Shown: one piece after another, positions 32,301-42,831 of the stretch
Numbering within the stretch: position 1 is the first letter of the stretch
Layout of the letters: each line of letters starts with the position of its first letter
Origin: Macrostomum hystrix
Lineage: Eukaryota; Animalia; Platyhelminthes
Length of the DNA stretch: 64,000 nucleotides
Assembly: GCA_950097015.1 (NCBI GenBank)
Contig: CATNEN010000011.1
Location: forward strand, 4,526,001-4,590,000
Reading direction: 5' to 3'
Program-made: the position numbers and the translations under genes
The notes under the pieces: model-generated
The model's database searches: none
What the model saw: the letters and a program-made list of their open reading frames with translations, nothing else
Told to the model about the DNA's origin: nothing

Positions 32301-35300
32301 TACCCCGAATTTCAGTGACTCTTTGACTGGTCATTACCCTGAATTTCAGTGACTCTTTGATTGGTCATTACCCAGAATTTCAGTGACTCTTTGATTGGTC
32401 ATTACCCTGAATTTCAGTGACTCTTTGACTGGTCATTACCCTGAATTTCAGTGACTCTTTGATTGGTCATTACCCCGAATTTCACTGACTCTTTAATTGG
32501 TCATTACCCTGAATTTTAGTGACTCTTTGATTGGTCATTACCCTGAATTTCAGTGACTCTTTGATTCGTCATTACCCTGAATTTCAGTGACTCTTTGATT
32601 GGTCATTACCCCGAATTTCAGTGACTCTTTGATTGGTCATTACCCCGAATTTCAGTGACTCTTTAATCGTCCATTACCCAGAATTTCAATGACTCTTTAA
32701 TTGGTCATTACCCAGAATTTCAGTGACTCTTTGATTGGTCATTACCCTGAATTTCAGTGACTCTTTGATTGGTCATTACCCTGAATTTCAGTGACTCTTT
32801 GATTGGTCATTACCCTGAATTTCAGTGACTCTTTGATTGGTCATTACCCTGAATTTCAGTGACTCTTTGATTGGTCATTACGCTGAATTTCAGTGACTCT
32901 TTGACTGGTCATTATCCCGAATTTCAGTGACTCTTTAATTGGTCATTACCCCGAAATTTCTCTTTTATTTATTTGTTACTAGCTTTTTTTGCCCGTTGTT
33001 TTTGGGGCAGAAATTTAAAGCAAAGCAGTAAGCAATTCACGTCTCTGCAATCACTTTATAGTGACGGTCACCATTTATTTATTTACTGCATTAATGAAAA
33101 GTGAAGAGTTTGTTTAAGGGCGTTTTAAGTAAAAAATAAGTGAAAAGTTTGTCCAAACAGCCCCCTCTTGATTACTTCTTTAGAAACATGTCTCTTAGCC
33201 ACTCCTCTATACAGTCAGTGGCAGATCCAGGAATTTTGTTTTGGGGCGGTCTGTCAGGGGAGCGCCATGAGAATCACGGAGGGGGTGCCAGCGGCCGAAA
33301 AAGGGCGCCAGGAGCCAAGAAAGGGCGCCAGCGGCTGAAAAACGGGAGCCAGCGGCTGAAAAAGTGCTGCGACTGACGCCCCTGGTGGGGGCATCTTATT
33401 CCCATGATTAAAATTTTGGGGGGGGCGACTGCCCCCCGCCCCCCCCCTAAATCTGCCTCTGTATACAGTATGCATGTACACGCGTATACATAAGGAAAAT
33501 AGTTATGGCATAACAATAACAATGTCAAAGAAACAAAATTAAACTGTTTCAGAGTTCAGAGTTAGACAGGTCAAGGTCAATTCGTGACTACTTTTCTATT
33601 AATTGCTTGCGAGTCACCTCAAGGCCTGGGGATACACCACATTCTTCGTTCTTCCCCTTGGTGCGAAAATGAATAGGCCAGCTGGAGTTCCAACACGGGA
33701 GCAGGCGACATAAAGCTGCCCATGCGAGAAGCAAGGAGTCTCCAGGTTGATGCCAGCCACCTTCAGCGACTGTCCCTGAGCCTTGTTAATAGTCATCGCA
33801 AAGCACACTCTCACAGGGAACTGCAGTCGCTTGAACTGAAATGGCAGGTCCGTGGGGATAATTGGAATCCGGGGAACGAACACAGACTCTCCTCTGCCAG
33901 ATCCAGTCATTATCGTGGCCTCAATCACGTGTGGGAAGAGCCGCCTGACTATCAGTCTGGTGCCGTTACACAGCATTGGCGCATTCAGGTTGCGGAGGAG
34001 CATAATTGGTGCCCCAACTTTCAGCTGCAAGTTGTGCGATGGAGTTCCAGGAGGATCTAGAGAGTTCAGAAACTCAACAGGATACTCCACAGCGGTGTCA
34101 TCAGTCAACGTTGTATCAATTGACTTGTAGGTGAAAACTGCACCTGGCAACTCCTGAAGCAGTTGGTAGTTAATTTCGTTGGCGGCATCATTTCTAGGAC
34201 ACAGAATTGCCCTCTCTGACAGCCAGTCAACGTCAGCATATCGAGAGAAATAGGCTGGCTGGAGAGAAATATCAACCGGAGAGCCCTGCGCACTGGGACG
34301 CCACCGCACTCACCGCACTCAGTCTCAGTGCTGCTTGGGGGCCAGTAGACAGTCTAGGGGTTTGGGCTGTGTACATTCACGGCTTGAAATACAATGTACA
34401 GTCTGGGGCTTCGGCGCCCGGGGAAGGGAGGGGGTGGCTGTAATAAAATTTGGCCCGCAGAGTGGCGGAGGGGAGTTGGGGTGGCTGTCCTCGGAAAACA
34501 AAAAGTGACTCACTTTGAGATGATGCAGCTTTGCTCTGGATTGAGTAGAGATGTTCAAAATTGACAGCATTGTTGGAAAACATGTAAAGTGTAAGTGGAT
34601 CAAATTTGGAGAAAATCTGACAAAGTGGGGCGACGATATGTCGAATTGAGTGATTTTTTGACGATTTTTGAGCAGTTTTTTGCACTTTTGAGCAGGAAGG
34701 AAATGATTTTTCGGGAATTTGAGTAGCCTATTGCACTCAGCGTAGGTGGTTTTAGGTATGTGCAAAGTTTGGTGCGATTTGGTTGAGCGGTTTCGGCGTC
34801 TATAAAGACAAAAGGTTGCACACACACACACACACACACAGACAGACAGACAGACAGAGTTTTCACTTTTATATATATAGATTACCCTCATCTTGGTCCA
34901 TGTCGAAGCCAATGAACTCATTCAATCCTAGTTTTGTTTGAACACAAAATTCCGCAGACTAACAAGTCTATGTGTGCTTGAACTTCGCGACAACAATCTG
35001 AAACATATTCCTGATTCACTAGTTGGTCTTGCTAAGCTGGAGCGACTCGACTTGGGAGAAAATGAGCTAGAGCTTCTGGTGAGCTGCTTAGAGAATATGC
35101 TATACCGTTTCTGTCATCTTTCATTGAACATCATAGCTCATGAATCCTAATCATTTGATCCCTAATCCCTAATCCTAACTCCTAGATCCTAATCCTTTAA
35201 TCTCTTATCCTAACTCCTAAATCCTAGACCATTAATTTATAGTCTTAAGTTCTGAATCTAATATTTTAGTCCCTAATCCTTCAATCCCTAATCCGAACTC

Positions 35301-38300
35301 ATTTATCCTATTCCATTAATCTCTAGTCTTATGTCCCGAACCATAATCCTTAATCACTAATCGTAAGTCATAAACCTTAGCAGTTACATCCTAGCCCTTT
35401 AATCGCTTATCCGAATCCTTTAATCACAAATCATAAATCCCAAATCCAACTCTTCCTACGGATGATAAATCCTAGTTCTCTAATCCATCATCTAGCCGGA
35501 TGGCTTGTCGAATCTGTCGTCTCTAGCCGACCTATGCGTGGATAAGAATCGTTTGAAAAGGCTGCCAACAAACTGGTCGGGGAGGTTGTCAGTCAGCCTG
35601 CAACAGATGGACGTGTCATCCAATAGGCTTGAGTATCTGCCAGCTCAGTTAGGCAACTGCTCAGTCCTCACTGATCTAGATGCCAGCTCGAATCGTCTAG
35701 TTGAACTGTCCGACTCCGCATTGCCGTCAAGTTTGCAGTGCCTTCGAATTGGCGAAAATCGTCTTACCAGGCTGCACCTTCAGTCAGCTGCCGGTCGATG
35801 CCTTGAACTGCGCGAACTGCACGCGGCCAAGAATCGTCTGGACGAACTGCCGGCTAGTTTGGGACGATTTAGAAAACTGCGACTACTTCACTGCGACGGC
35901 AATCGACTGAGGCAGCTGCCGAACACAGTCGGCGCATGTCGGGCTCTGTCGGTGCTGTCGGCCAGAAATAATCGACTCAGACTAGTGCCCGATGAGCTGG
36001 GCCGGTTAACGGAACTCAGGGTGCTCAACTTGAGCGGCAATCGTCTGCAGTGCTTACCAATATCCCTGCTCAGACTGCCGGATTTGAGGGTGAGTTAGAT
36101 GAGATGGGATTTGGACTGGTTGACATGAGATTTGATTTAGAAAAATGGGATTTTTAGTTAAAAAAGTTTGAATTAGCATTCATTAGGATGGGATTTTGGT
36201 CCATTGAGATGGGATTCCGATTCATAGATGTGGGATTTCGATTCGTAGAGATGGGATTCGGATTCAAAGAAATCGGATTTTGATTCATTGAGATGGGATC
36301 TGGATTAAAAAACATCAGATTTGGATTCTAAAATGCTGTATTTGAATTCAGAGTTTCTTCGAAACAAGATTGCGTTTTTAGTAAAATAATATTTGGATCT
36401 CTCACGCACTCTTGATTGTGTTTCTTAGAAACTAGACAAGTTTCTCGGAAGCAATAGTGTTTACTTCAAAACAAGATTGTGTTTCTTGAAAATTGTATTT
36501 CTTGGAAAAAGGCTTGCGATTCTAAGAAAAATGTTTGTGATTCTAAGAAACAGGATTGTGATTCTAGGAAAAAGGCTTGCGATTCTAAGAAAAATGTTTG
36601 TGATTCTAAGAAACAGGATTGTGATTCTAGGAAAAAGGATCCGGATTCTAAGAAACATGTTTCTGATTCTAAGAAACAGGATTGTGATTCTAGAAAACAG
36701 GATTGTGATTCTAAGAAACATGATTGTGTTTCTAAGAAACATGATTGTTTCTTTGAAATACTTAACGCCAGCCCCAATCAGCCCGAACATTCGAACTCGA
36801 TGCCCGACTCAGGCCCTGTGGCTCAGCGACAATCAATCCGAGCCGATGCCCCGACTGCAGCCGGAGGAGGTGCCAACACAGTGCGGCCCAGTCCGGGTTC
36901 TCACCTGCTACCTGCTGCCGCAGATGCCATCCAAAGAGTCGGACCCGGCCGATAAACTCGCCGCCGCAGTTCAAGCACTGCTTGGGACTCCACAGAAGCC
37001 GACGCCGCCGCCGCTCCCGCCGCCGCGAACTCGCGCCGTCCAGTTCCGCTCAATCAACTCGGCTGATCCGGCTACGGTCGGCGTCGAGAGCGTCAACGAT
37101 GACAAGGCGGAACGCCGTCCGCTGCCGAAGGATTTGCCGGAGAGACGACCGCGGCGACTGTTGAGACGAACCTCGCTGCCGGATCAGCCCGATGTTGTGG
37201 CGTCAGCCGCAGCTGCCCTGGATCCCGATGAGCAAGACAGCTGGGTGAGCGCCCTGCCTTCAAAACTTTGTCAATCGTCAATTACTTGAAGTATAAGGTT
37301 TTCAGCTGGGAGTTGAGTAGGTGTGTTTGAGTAGAATGGTTAATCTATGCTCAACTGTGTGTTTGAGTAGGACAGTTAATCTGTGCTCAGCTGTGTGTTT
37401 GAGTAGGATAGTTAATCTGTGCTCAGCTGTGTGTTTGAGTAGGATGGTTAATCTGTGCTCAACTGTTGTGCCTGAGTAGGATGGTTAATCTGTGCTCAAC
37501 TGTGTGCTTGAGTAGGATGGTTAATCTGTGCTCAACTGTTGTGTTTGAGTAGGATGGTTAATCTGTGCTCAGCTGTGTGCTTGAGTAGGATGTTTAATCT
37601 GTGCTCAGCTGTGTGCTTGAGTAGGATGGTTAATCTGTGCTCAACTGTTGTGCCTGAGTAGGATGGTTAATCTGTGCTCAACTGTTGCTTGAGTAGGATG
37701 GTTAATCTGTGCTCAGCTGTGTGCTTGAATAGGATGGTTAATCTGTGCTCAGCTGTGTGTTTGAGTAGGATGGTTAATCTGTGCTCAATTGTTTCAGAAG
37801 GATGGTTCGAACTTTCTTTGACCACATTGATCAAACATTTCAGGAGTCTTCAGCGCCTGATTCTAGACTTCAGCAGCAGCAGCAGCAGCAAGTTTACTGT
37901 AACATTGGCGTCATAGCTAGCAGTCGTGAGCCATCATCAGGAATGCTCACAGTTCACTGCGATCAGCCTCCAGCAATAGCAGCAGCAGCATCAGCAGGCA
38001 ATCCAGACACTGACAGCTCATTCCAATGGCCATCGCCTCTGTCGAACCGCAGCGATCCGTACGAGATGCCCATTCGAATAGATTTTTCGCAGCAGCTTGA
38101 CTTTGGAAAATCTGCGTCAACTCCCAGCGGCTCGGTGGCCCACCAGAGCACGCCGCCGCTGCCGCCAAATCTGGGCATGGCGCCAATTATCTTATCGGCC
38201 GCTTATCTGAGCGATCCGCCGCTTTTATCTAAACAAAGCGTGCCGCCTTTTCCAGCCTATCCGACTGCGTCGCCTCTGTTAGCCAATCAGAGTCCACGGC

Positions 38301-39352
38301 TAACACTAAAAGATAACAGCATGTCCTCATTGCTAGCTAATCAGAGCTCGTCTAGCTTAATAATCGATAAAGCCGCTAGTCGGCAGCCAGCTGTGCCAGC
38401 CAATCAGAGCGCGCCTCAAACTCCAGTTTATTTTCACAGTGCGAAGCATTCCGCAGGGATTGTTGGCCGTCGAGTTCCACATGTGAACGAGCCGAAACAG
38501 GATACAAATCCAATCAAAATCAAACATCCGCAGGCCATTGCAGCATTTCATTCCACATCTCAGTATTTGGCAGCTGCTCATTCAGTGATGGCTTCTACAG
38601 GCGTTCGTTCCGGTAACAACCCAGCGCCTAATGGCTGCTTTGCCAGCAATCAAAGTGCTTTTCGTCCACCAACTGGTAGAGCCAATCAGAGACCGGCATC
38701 GGCTAGTCAGCCTGTCAGCCAGGCGTCAGTGGCAGCCAATCAGAGTAGTCTAAATTCTCCAGTTTATCAGACTATAGCATCGACTGTTATGCCGCAGTCG
38801 CCAGTAGTTCAACACCCCAAGTTTTTTGCTAATCGATTTGGCGGCAGTGCTGGAATATTGATGCCACCGCCGGCACCGCCGCCGCCGCCACCTCCGCCCA
38901 GACGTTCGCGTCAAAGCCACAGCCTCACCTACAGCAGTAGTAGCAGCAGTAGCAGCAGCAGCGGCAGCTGGGATGGCAACAATCTGGACGGTATCAGTGG
39001 TCCAACGCCACCAATTCTTGGCTCTCGTCTGCTTTGGGTGACGCTGCACCGGCAGCAGAAGCTGCAGCGAACAAGTTCTCATTATCAACCTGAAGCAGTC
39101 AGTTTGGGTTTTAGCGTGGCCAACAGTTTAAGCAGTTCCGGAGTTTGCAGTGTTCGCGTGTCCAGGGTATCGTCAAACGGGCCAGCTTTCGGACGCCTCC
39201 TTCCAGGCGATCGTCTGGTTGAAGCCAACGGTAAACGATTGAGCAGTCTGGACCATTCTGAGGCGGCCAGGTGGCTGCAGTGCTTGCCAGATCCAGTTCA
39301 GCTGCTGGTCTATCGAGAAGCGGCACCGTTGGCTAAGATGCCGACTTCCTAG
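29391..39352 (+). CDS. LAP-family (Scribble/Erbin/LET-413-type) LRR + LAPSD + single C-terminal PDZ protein (~1035 aa); exons 29391-29555, 29632-29749, 30558-30636, 32009-32098, 34958-35078, 35496-36089, 36813-37244, 37844-39352
   Basis: N-terminus MERLLCSF...LEVLLLDDNKIAEIRK resembles the Scribble N-terminus; tandem LRRs; LAPSD ALWLSDNQSEPMPRLQ...VLTCYLLPQ; PDZ SLGFSV...LLPGDRLVEANG...HSEAARWL; exon sum 3108 nt in frame. Confidence 0.92.
29845..30060 (+). mobile_element. SINE family 1 partial copy (LAP intron 2)
   Basis: ctgagctcgattccgtggcgaggc, cagtgagagtgtacactgcctga, ctcaggagtcag. Confidence 0.75.
30120..30483 (-). mobile_element. Full-length SINE family 1 copy (~364 bp)
   Basis: A-box TGGCAGAGCGG, B-box GTTCGATTCC, (TAT)n tail; 10-bp TSD ATGGTTGCAT (30110-30119 and 30484-30493). 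Confidence 0.92.
30775..30985 (+). mobile_element. SINE family 1 partial copy (LAP intron 3)
   Basis: aaggcttgggggc...gagagtgtac...gcagatgtacacacctgtgcg...aatgggcagaactgcctcctcgctgg. Confidence 0.8.
31436..31870. repeat. 27-bp minisatellite with palindromic AAGTACTT core, ~16 copies
   Basis: AAGCACTCGATGGTTAAGTACTT[C/A]A[A/C]A units. Confidence 0.95.
32157..32957. repeat. 34-bp minisatellite GGTCATTACCCTGAATTTCAGTGACTCTTTGATT, ~23 copies
   Basis: Visible tandem units. Confidence 0.95.
33216..33461. mobile_element. MITE with 8-bp TSD (hAT-type) nested in the Helitron
   Basis: Imperfect TIRs CAGTGGCAGATCCAGG / CCTAAATCTGCCTCTG; TSD TATACAGT (33208-33215 and 33462-33469). Confidence 0.85.
33614..34258 (-). 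pseudogene. Helitron RepHel PIF1-like helicase, C-terminal fragment
   Basis: WLSERAILCPRN, YPVEFLNSL, LKVGAPIMLLRNL, LCNGTRL, KRLQFPVR, AMTINKAQGQS, FSHGQLYVACSRV, TKNVVY; the Rep domain and N-terminal helicase are absent. Confidence 0.93.
35150..35490. repeat. Degenerate ~7-bp CCTAAT-type repeat filling LAP intron 5
   Basis: Recurrent atccctaat/atcctaa motifs. Confidence 0.7.
36100..36750. repeat. Two adjacent degenerate arrays (GATGGGATT-type, then 21-bp TTCTAAGAAACAGGATTGTGA) in LAP intron 6
   Basis: Visible tandem units; they generate spurious DSKK ORFs. Confidence 0.85.
37305..37790. repeat. ~36-bp minisatellite GAGTAGGATGGTTAATCTGTGCTCA[A/G]CTGTGTG[C/T]TT, ~13 copies
   Basis: Visible tandem units in LAP intron 7. 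Confidence 0.93.
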
Positions 39353-39399
39353 ACTCTTCCTGTTGTAGGTGTCCCTGAACTGCGGAGTGGCAAACGGAT

Positions 39400-39768
39400 T
39401 ATAATAATATTAATAATTGCAGGAGGGCTGTGGCTCATCAGTTGGTGACACTAGACCCGCAGTCAGAGAGGAGGCAATTCTGCCCATTCCGCTGACTCAT
39501 GAGCACACACGCATATGGATACTGTATGTACACACGCGCTCACACAGGTGTGTACATCTGCCGACTTTCTAATCGTCAGGCAGTGTACACTGTCACTGTG
39601 CCATGGAGGTTGGCCCTTTGGAAGGGCGTCAATTGCACGACAATTGAGCCCCCAAGCCTTCTCTCCGCGGCTGCGCCCCAAATAAATGTGGCCTCGCCGC
39701 GGAATCGAACTTAGGGACCTTGGTGCGAGAGGCAAACACGTTAACCGCTCTGCCACCGGCCCCCCTAC
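39400..39768 (-). mobile_element. Near full-length SINE family 1 copy just 3' of the LAP stop codon
   Basis: Same head and body as 30120-30483. Confidence 0.88.
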
Positions 39769-40683
39769 TCAAGAAGATTAGCTATGGTGTTTATAGCTAT
39801 TAGCTAAGAGTGCGGATTACTGAGTAAAAAAGTGCAGTGCGGTTTTTATGATATGGCATACTTAGTTACGGTACCTTTCAAATCAGGTCTTTGTAATTTC
39901 TGTGAATGGACCATGTTTGGTTTATGTATTTGTAAATAAGAATATTTACCAGCTACAATTTCATTTTGGCAGGTATTTTTATTGCTGAGCTTTTTTGCTT
40001 CTTGTACATTTCTTGCCTCGTGTCTATTTGTAGTTGCAATTCTTGATTTGTTAGCAATTTTTAATTTCTTGAATTCAACAAAAATGCGCTCGATTGTTCA
40101 ACTGTGAAGCGAGTGAAGGCTGTCTATTGCCCCTGTAAACTGTTAGCTTTGCTTTTACATCGCTTGCAAGGTTTTATTTCACAAACAAAACGAAACGAAT
40201 TTTAAACTTTGTGCCTTATTCACCTTGTTAATTCCAAGTTCTGATTTCATTCTGCTCCAGCCGATATGTACTGATGCTTCAGTACAGTAAATATTTGTCT
40301 CTTTTGTTATTATAAACATTCAGAACTTTCTAATTGTATAGTTTCTGCTAGAAAACAAAGGCGTTCCAAGAAATGTGTCTGTAGTAGGACGTTAACTGTT
40401 TTTTAAATGCGTGGCAAATTTTAATTTCTGCATTTCGCTTCGTTTTCAATGTACTGGTTTTAAGAAACAATTAAAAGAACAAACGTTTTTCCCCAGAAAC
40501 TATAAATAATTTGTGATATTAATTTCATCAGACTTTAAGAACGGCCAGAAGTTCATCAGTGCTACATGAAGAACGCTTGAAAAATGACAGAAACTCCTTC
40601 TGAGGAAATGGTCATAACTTTGAGGAGCAATTGTTAAAACTATGAGCTAATACTTAATTATAATTAGAATACTTTTAGGAGCC

Positions 40684-41194
40684 TCTATCTATCTATTTGC
40701 AGGGGGCCCGGGGCACTTGTCGCACAAGCGACGGAGCGGCACGCCCCCAGACCGGCGAACTAGGCGCTTTTGCGCCCATCGCACCGCCTCCTACCCCAGC
40801 CCCACACGCACATAGCAGACTAAGCCGGGGCGGAAGGCTGATAAGAAATCAGTCCTCAGGGGGGCCGGGTGATGAGTGTACACTTATCCAATCGCGCTGA
40901 CGGAAGTCCAGAAAGCGCGCGGCGGTGTACACCCGCCCTCCAGCCACCCCCCGCAAGGTCTCACGCCCCAGCGCCAACGCACACAACTCACACAACGCAG
41001 AACAGGCACACAGAAGGTAGGAGCGAAGCTATTATTTCAAGCTTTGATTGCACGAAATATGGTGCACCTCGGCCGGTCGCTACTGTCCAAACCCCCCAAC
41101 AAGTCCCGAAATTAATCGTGACTTGAAGGGTGAATCGAACTAGCGTCCTTTGGAGTGCGAGGCAGCGACGCTAGCCGCTGACCCACTCGCCCCC
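40684..41194 (-). mobile_element. tRNA-derived SINE family 2 (~511 bp)
   Basis: Head GGGGGCGAGTGGGTCAGCGG...GTTCGATTC; (ATAG)n tail; 13-bp TSD ACTTTTAGGAGCC (40671-40683 and 41195-41207). Confidence 0.85.
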
Positions 41195-41494
41195 ACTTTT
41201 AGGAGCCAAAGTTAAAAAGCATCTGCTATTTAATGGAAGCTCAGAAACACACGTGAGATTGCAGTTTTGAACTAGTTAATCCTAAGACTAGCGATGGCCT
41301 TCCAAAAGGGGAGTTTGCCGAGAAATAGCCGAAACAAGAGACTCAAAAAAATATATATATAACTTATTAAGCAAACAAAAAATAATCTCCTAACTCTTCA
41401 GATTATTTCAACTCTCTCCATCGCCAAACTCCGATTCCCAACCACCTTCCACTTCTCAACATGTTCCGATTTTCCCCACCTTCCAAATGTCACA

Positions 41495-42168
41495 GAGCTG
41501 GATTGTCAGAGAGCTAGATTGTCAGGGCTAGAGTGTCAGAGAGCTAGATTGTCAGAGAGCTAGAGTGTCAGAGAGCTAGATTGTCAGAGAGCTAGAGTGT
41601 CAGAGAGCTAGAGTGTCAGAGAGCTAGAGTGTCAGAGAGCTAGAGTGTCAGAGAGCTAGAGTGTCAGAGAGCTAGAGTGTCAGAGAGCTAGAGTTTCAGA
41701 GAGCTAGATTGTCAGAGAGGTAGATTGTCAGAGCTAGAGTGTCAGCGAGCTAGATTGTCAGCGAGCTAGATTGTCAGAGAGCTAGATTGTCAGAGAGCTA
41801 GAGTTTCAGAGAGCTAGAGTGTCAGAGAGCTAGATTGTCAGAGCTAGAGTGTCAGCGAGCTAGATTGTCAGAGAGCTAGAGTGTCAGAGAGCTAGAGTGT
41901 CAGAGAGCTAGATTGTCATAGAGCTAGATTGTCAGAGAGCTAGAGTGTCAGAGAGCTAGATTGTCAGAGAGCTAGATTGTCAGAGAGCTAGAGTTTCAGA
42001 GAGCTAGAGTGTCAGAGAGCTAGAGTGTCAGAGAGCTAGATTGTCAGAGCTAGAGTGTCAGAGAGCTAGATTGTCAGAGAGCTAGAGTGTCAGAGAGCTA
42101 GATTGTCAGGGCTAGATTGTCAGAGAGCTAGAGTGTCAGAGAGCTAGAGAGCTAGAGAGCTAGAGATT
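41495..42168. repeat. 16-bp minisatellite GTCAGAGAGCTAGA[G/T]T, ~40 copies
   Basis: Visible tandem units. Confidence 0.95.
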
Positions 42169-42831
42169 GTAAGATTACGTAGAAATTCTAGAAAAAAATC
42201 TCAAAGTTATTAAAGCAACAATAGAGCTAGTCAAGTAGCGACTTCCGTTTTAACTCTTTAAGCCGTTAAACAGAAAATCGTTAAATTTATTTAAATAAAA
42301 AGCTTCTGAAAGTTGCTTCTTTTATAATTTTCGCACAAGTACACTTTGTTGAATTGTTCGGAAAATATTCTAATTAATTCTCTTTTACTTGACAGGTACG
42401 TAAGCATGACAATATTATCAATCAAAGAGTGTTATGTAAGCATTCGAATAAAGTGGTACTGTTAGTAGTCGGTTGTGTTATTTTGTTCGATAGGCATATT
42501 CACCTAGCAGTTCTGAGAGATATCTTGAAATTAAGTTGTCAAAACGATTTTGGTGAAATTGCAAAATTTATAAACAAATGCGTAGCTTTGAAAGTGCCAA
42601 CTGGAAATGACTATTGCCTACTAGAAATTTTTGTTCCTTTAAAAATGTTATACTGTGCAATGTAGCGTTATCAACTTTTGATTTTTAATTCACGGACTTG
42701 TAGATTCTTAGCTATCTAGCTATCTGACACTTTAAATGGATTTCATCCCGCGAATACAAAACTAAAAGTTAATGGGAATTACTCTGGTCTTTGAGTAGCA
42801 CATTTGAGTCTTTGAAGGCGATCCTTGGATG

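Larger units (their letters stand above)
32979..34881 (-). mobile_element. Non-autonomous Helitron (~1.9 kb) in LAP intron 4
   Basis: 5' end A|TCTATATATATAAAA followed by (GTCT)n(GT)n; 3' end GCCC-9nt-GGGC hairpin then CTAG|T; inserted between A and T with no TSD; carries a PIF1-type helicase C-terminus. Confidence 0.9.

Noticed and set aside
33614-34309. Host PIF1 helicase gene
   Set aside because: The fragment lies between Helitron termini inside an intron and lacks the N-terminal helicase motifs.
34325-34921. 198-aa minus-strand ORF as the Helitron Rep domain
   Set aside because: It translates the non-coding 5' end and microsatellite; no HUH or Rep motifs.
37781-37843. 5' extension of the last LAP exon using acceptors near 37796-37800
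   Set aside because: Phase 2 is incompatible with the phase-0 donor at 37245; the acceptor at 37842-37843 restores the frame.
40697-40770. HDV-like ribozyme (GGGGGC...GCCCCC...CGAA)
   Set aside because: P3 is not adjacent to P1 and no P2 pairing was found; it is also antisense to the SINE head.
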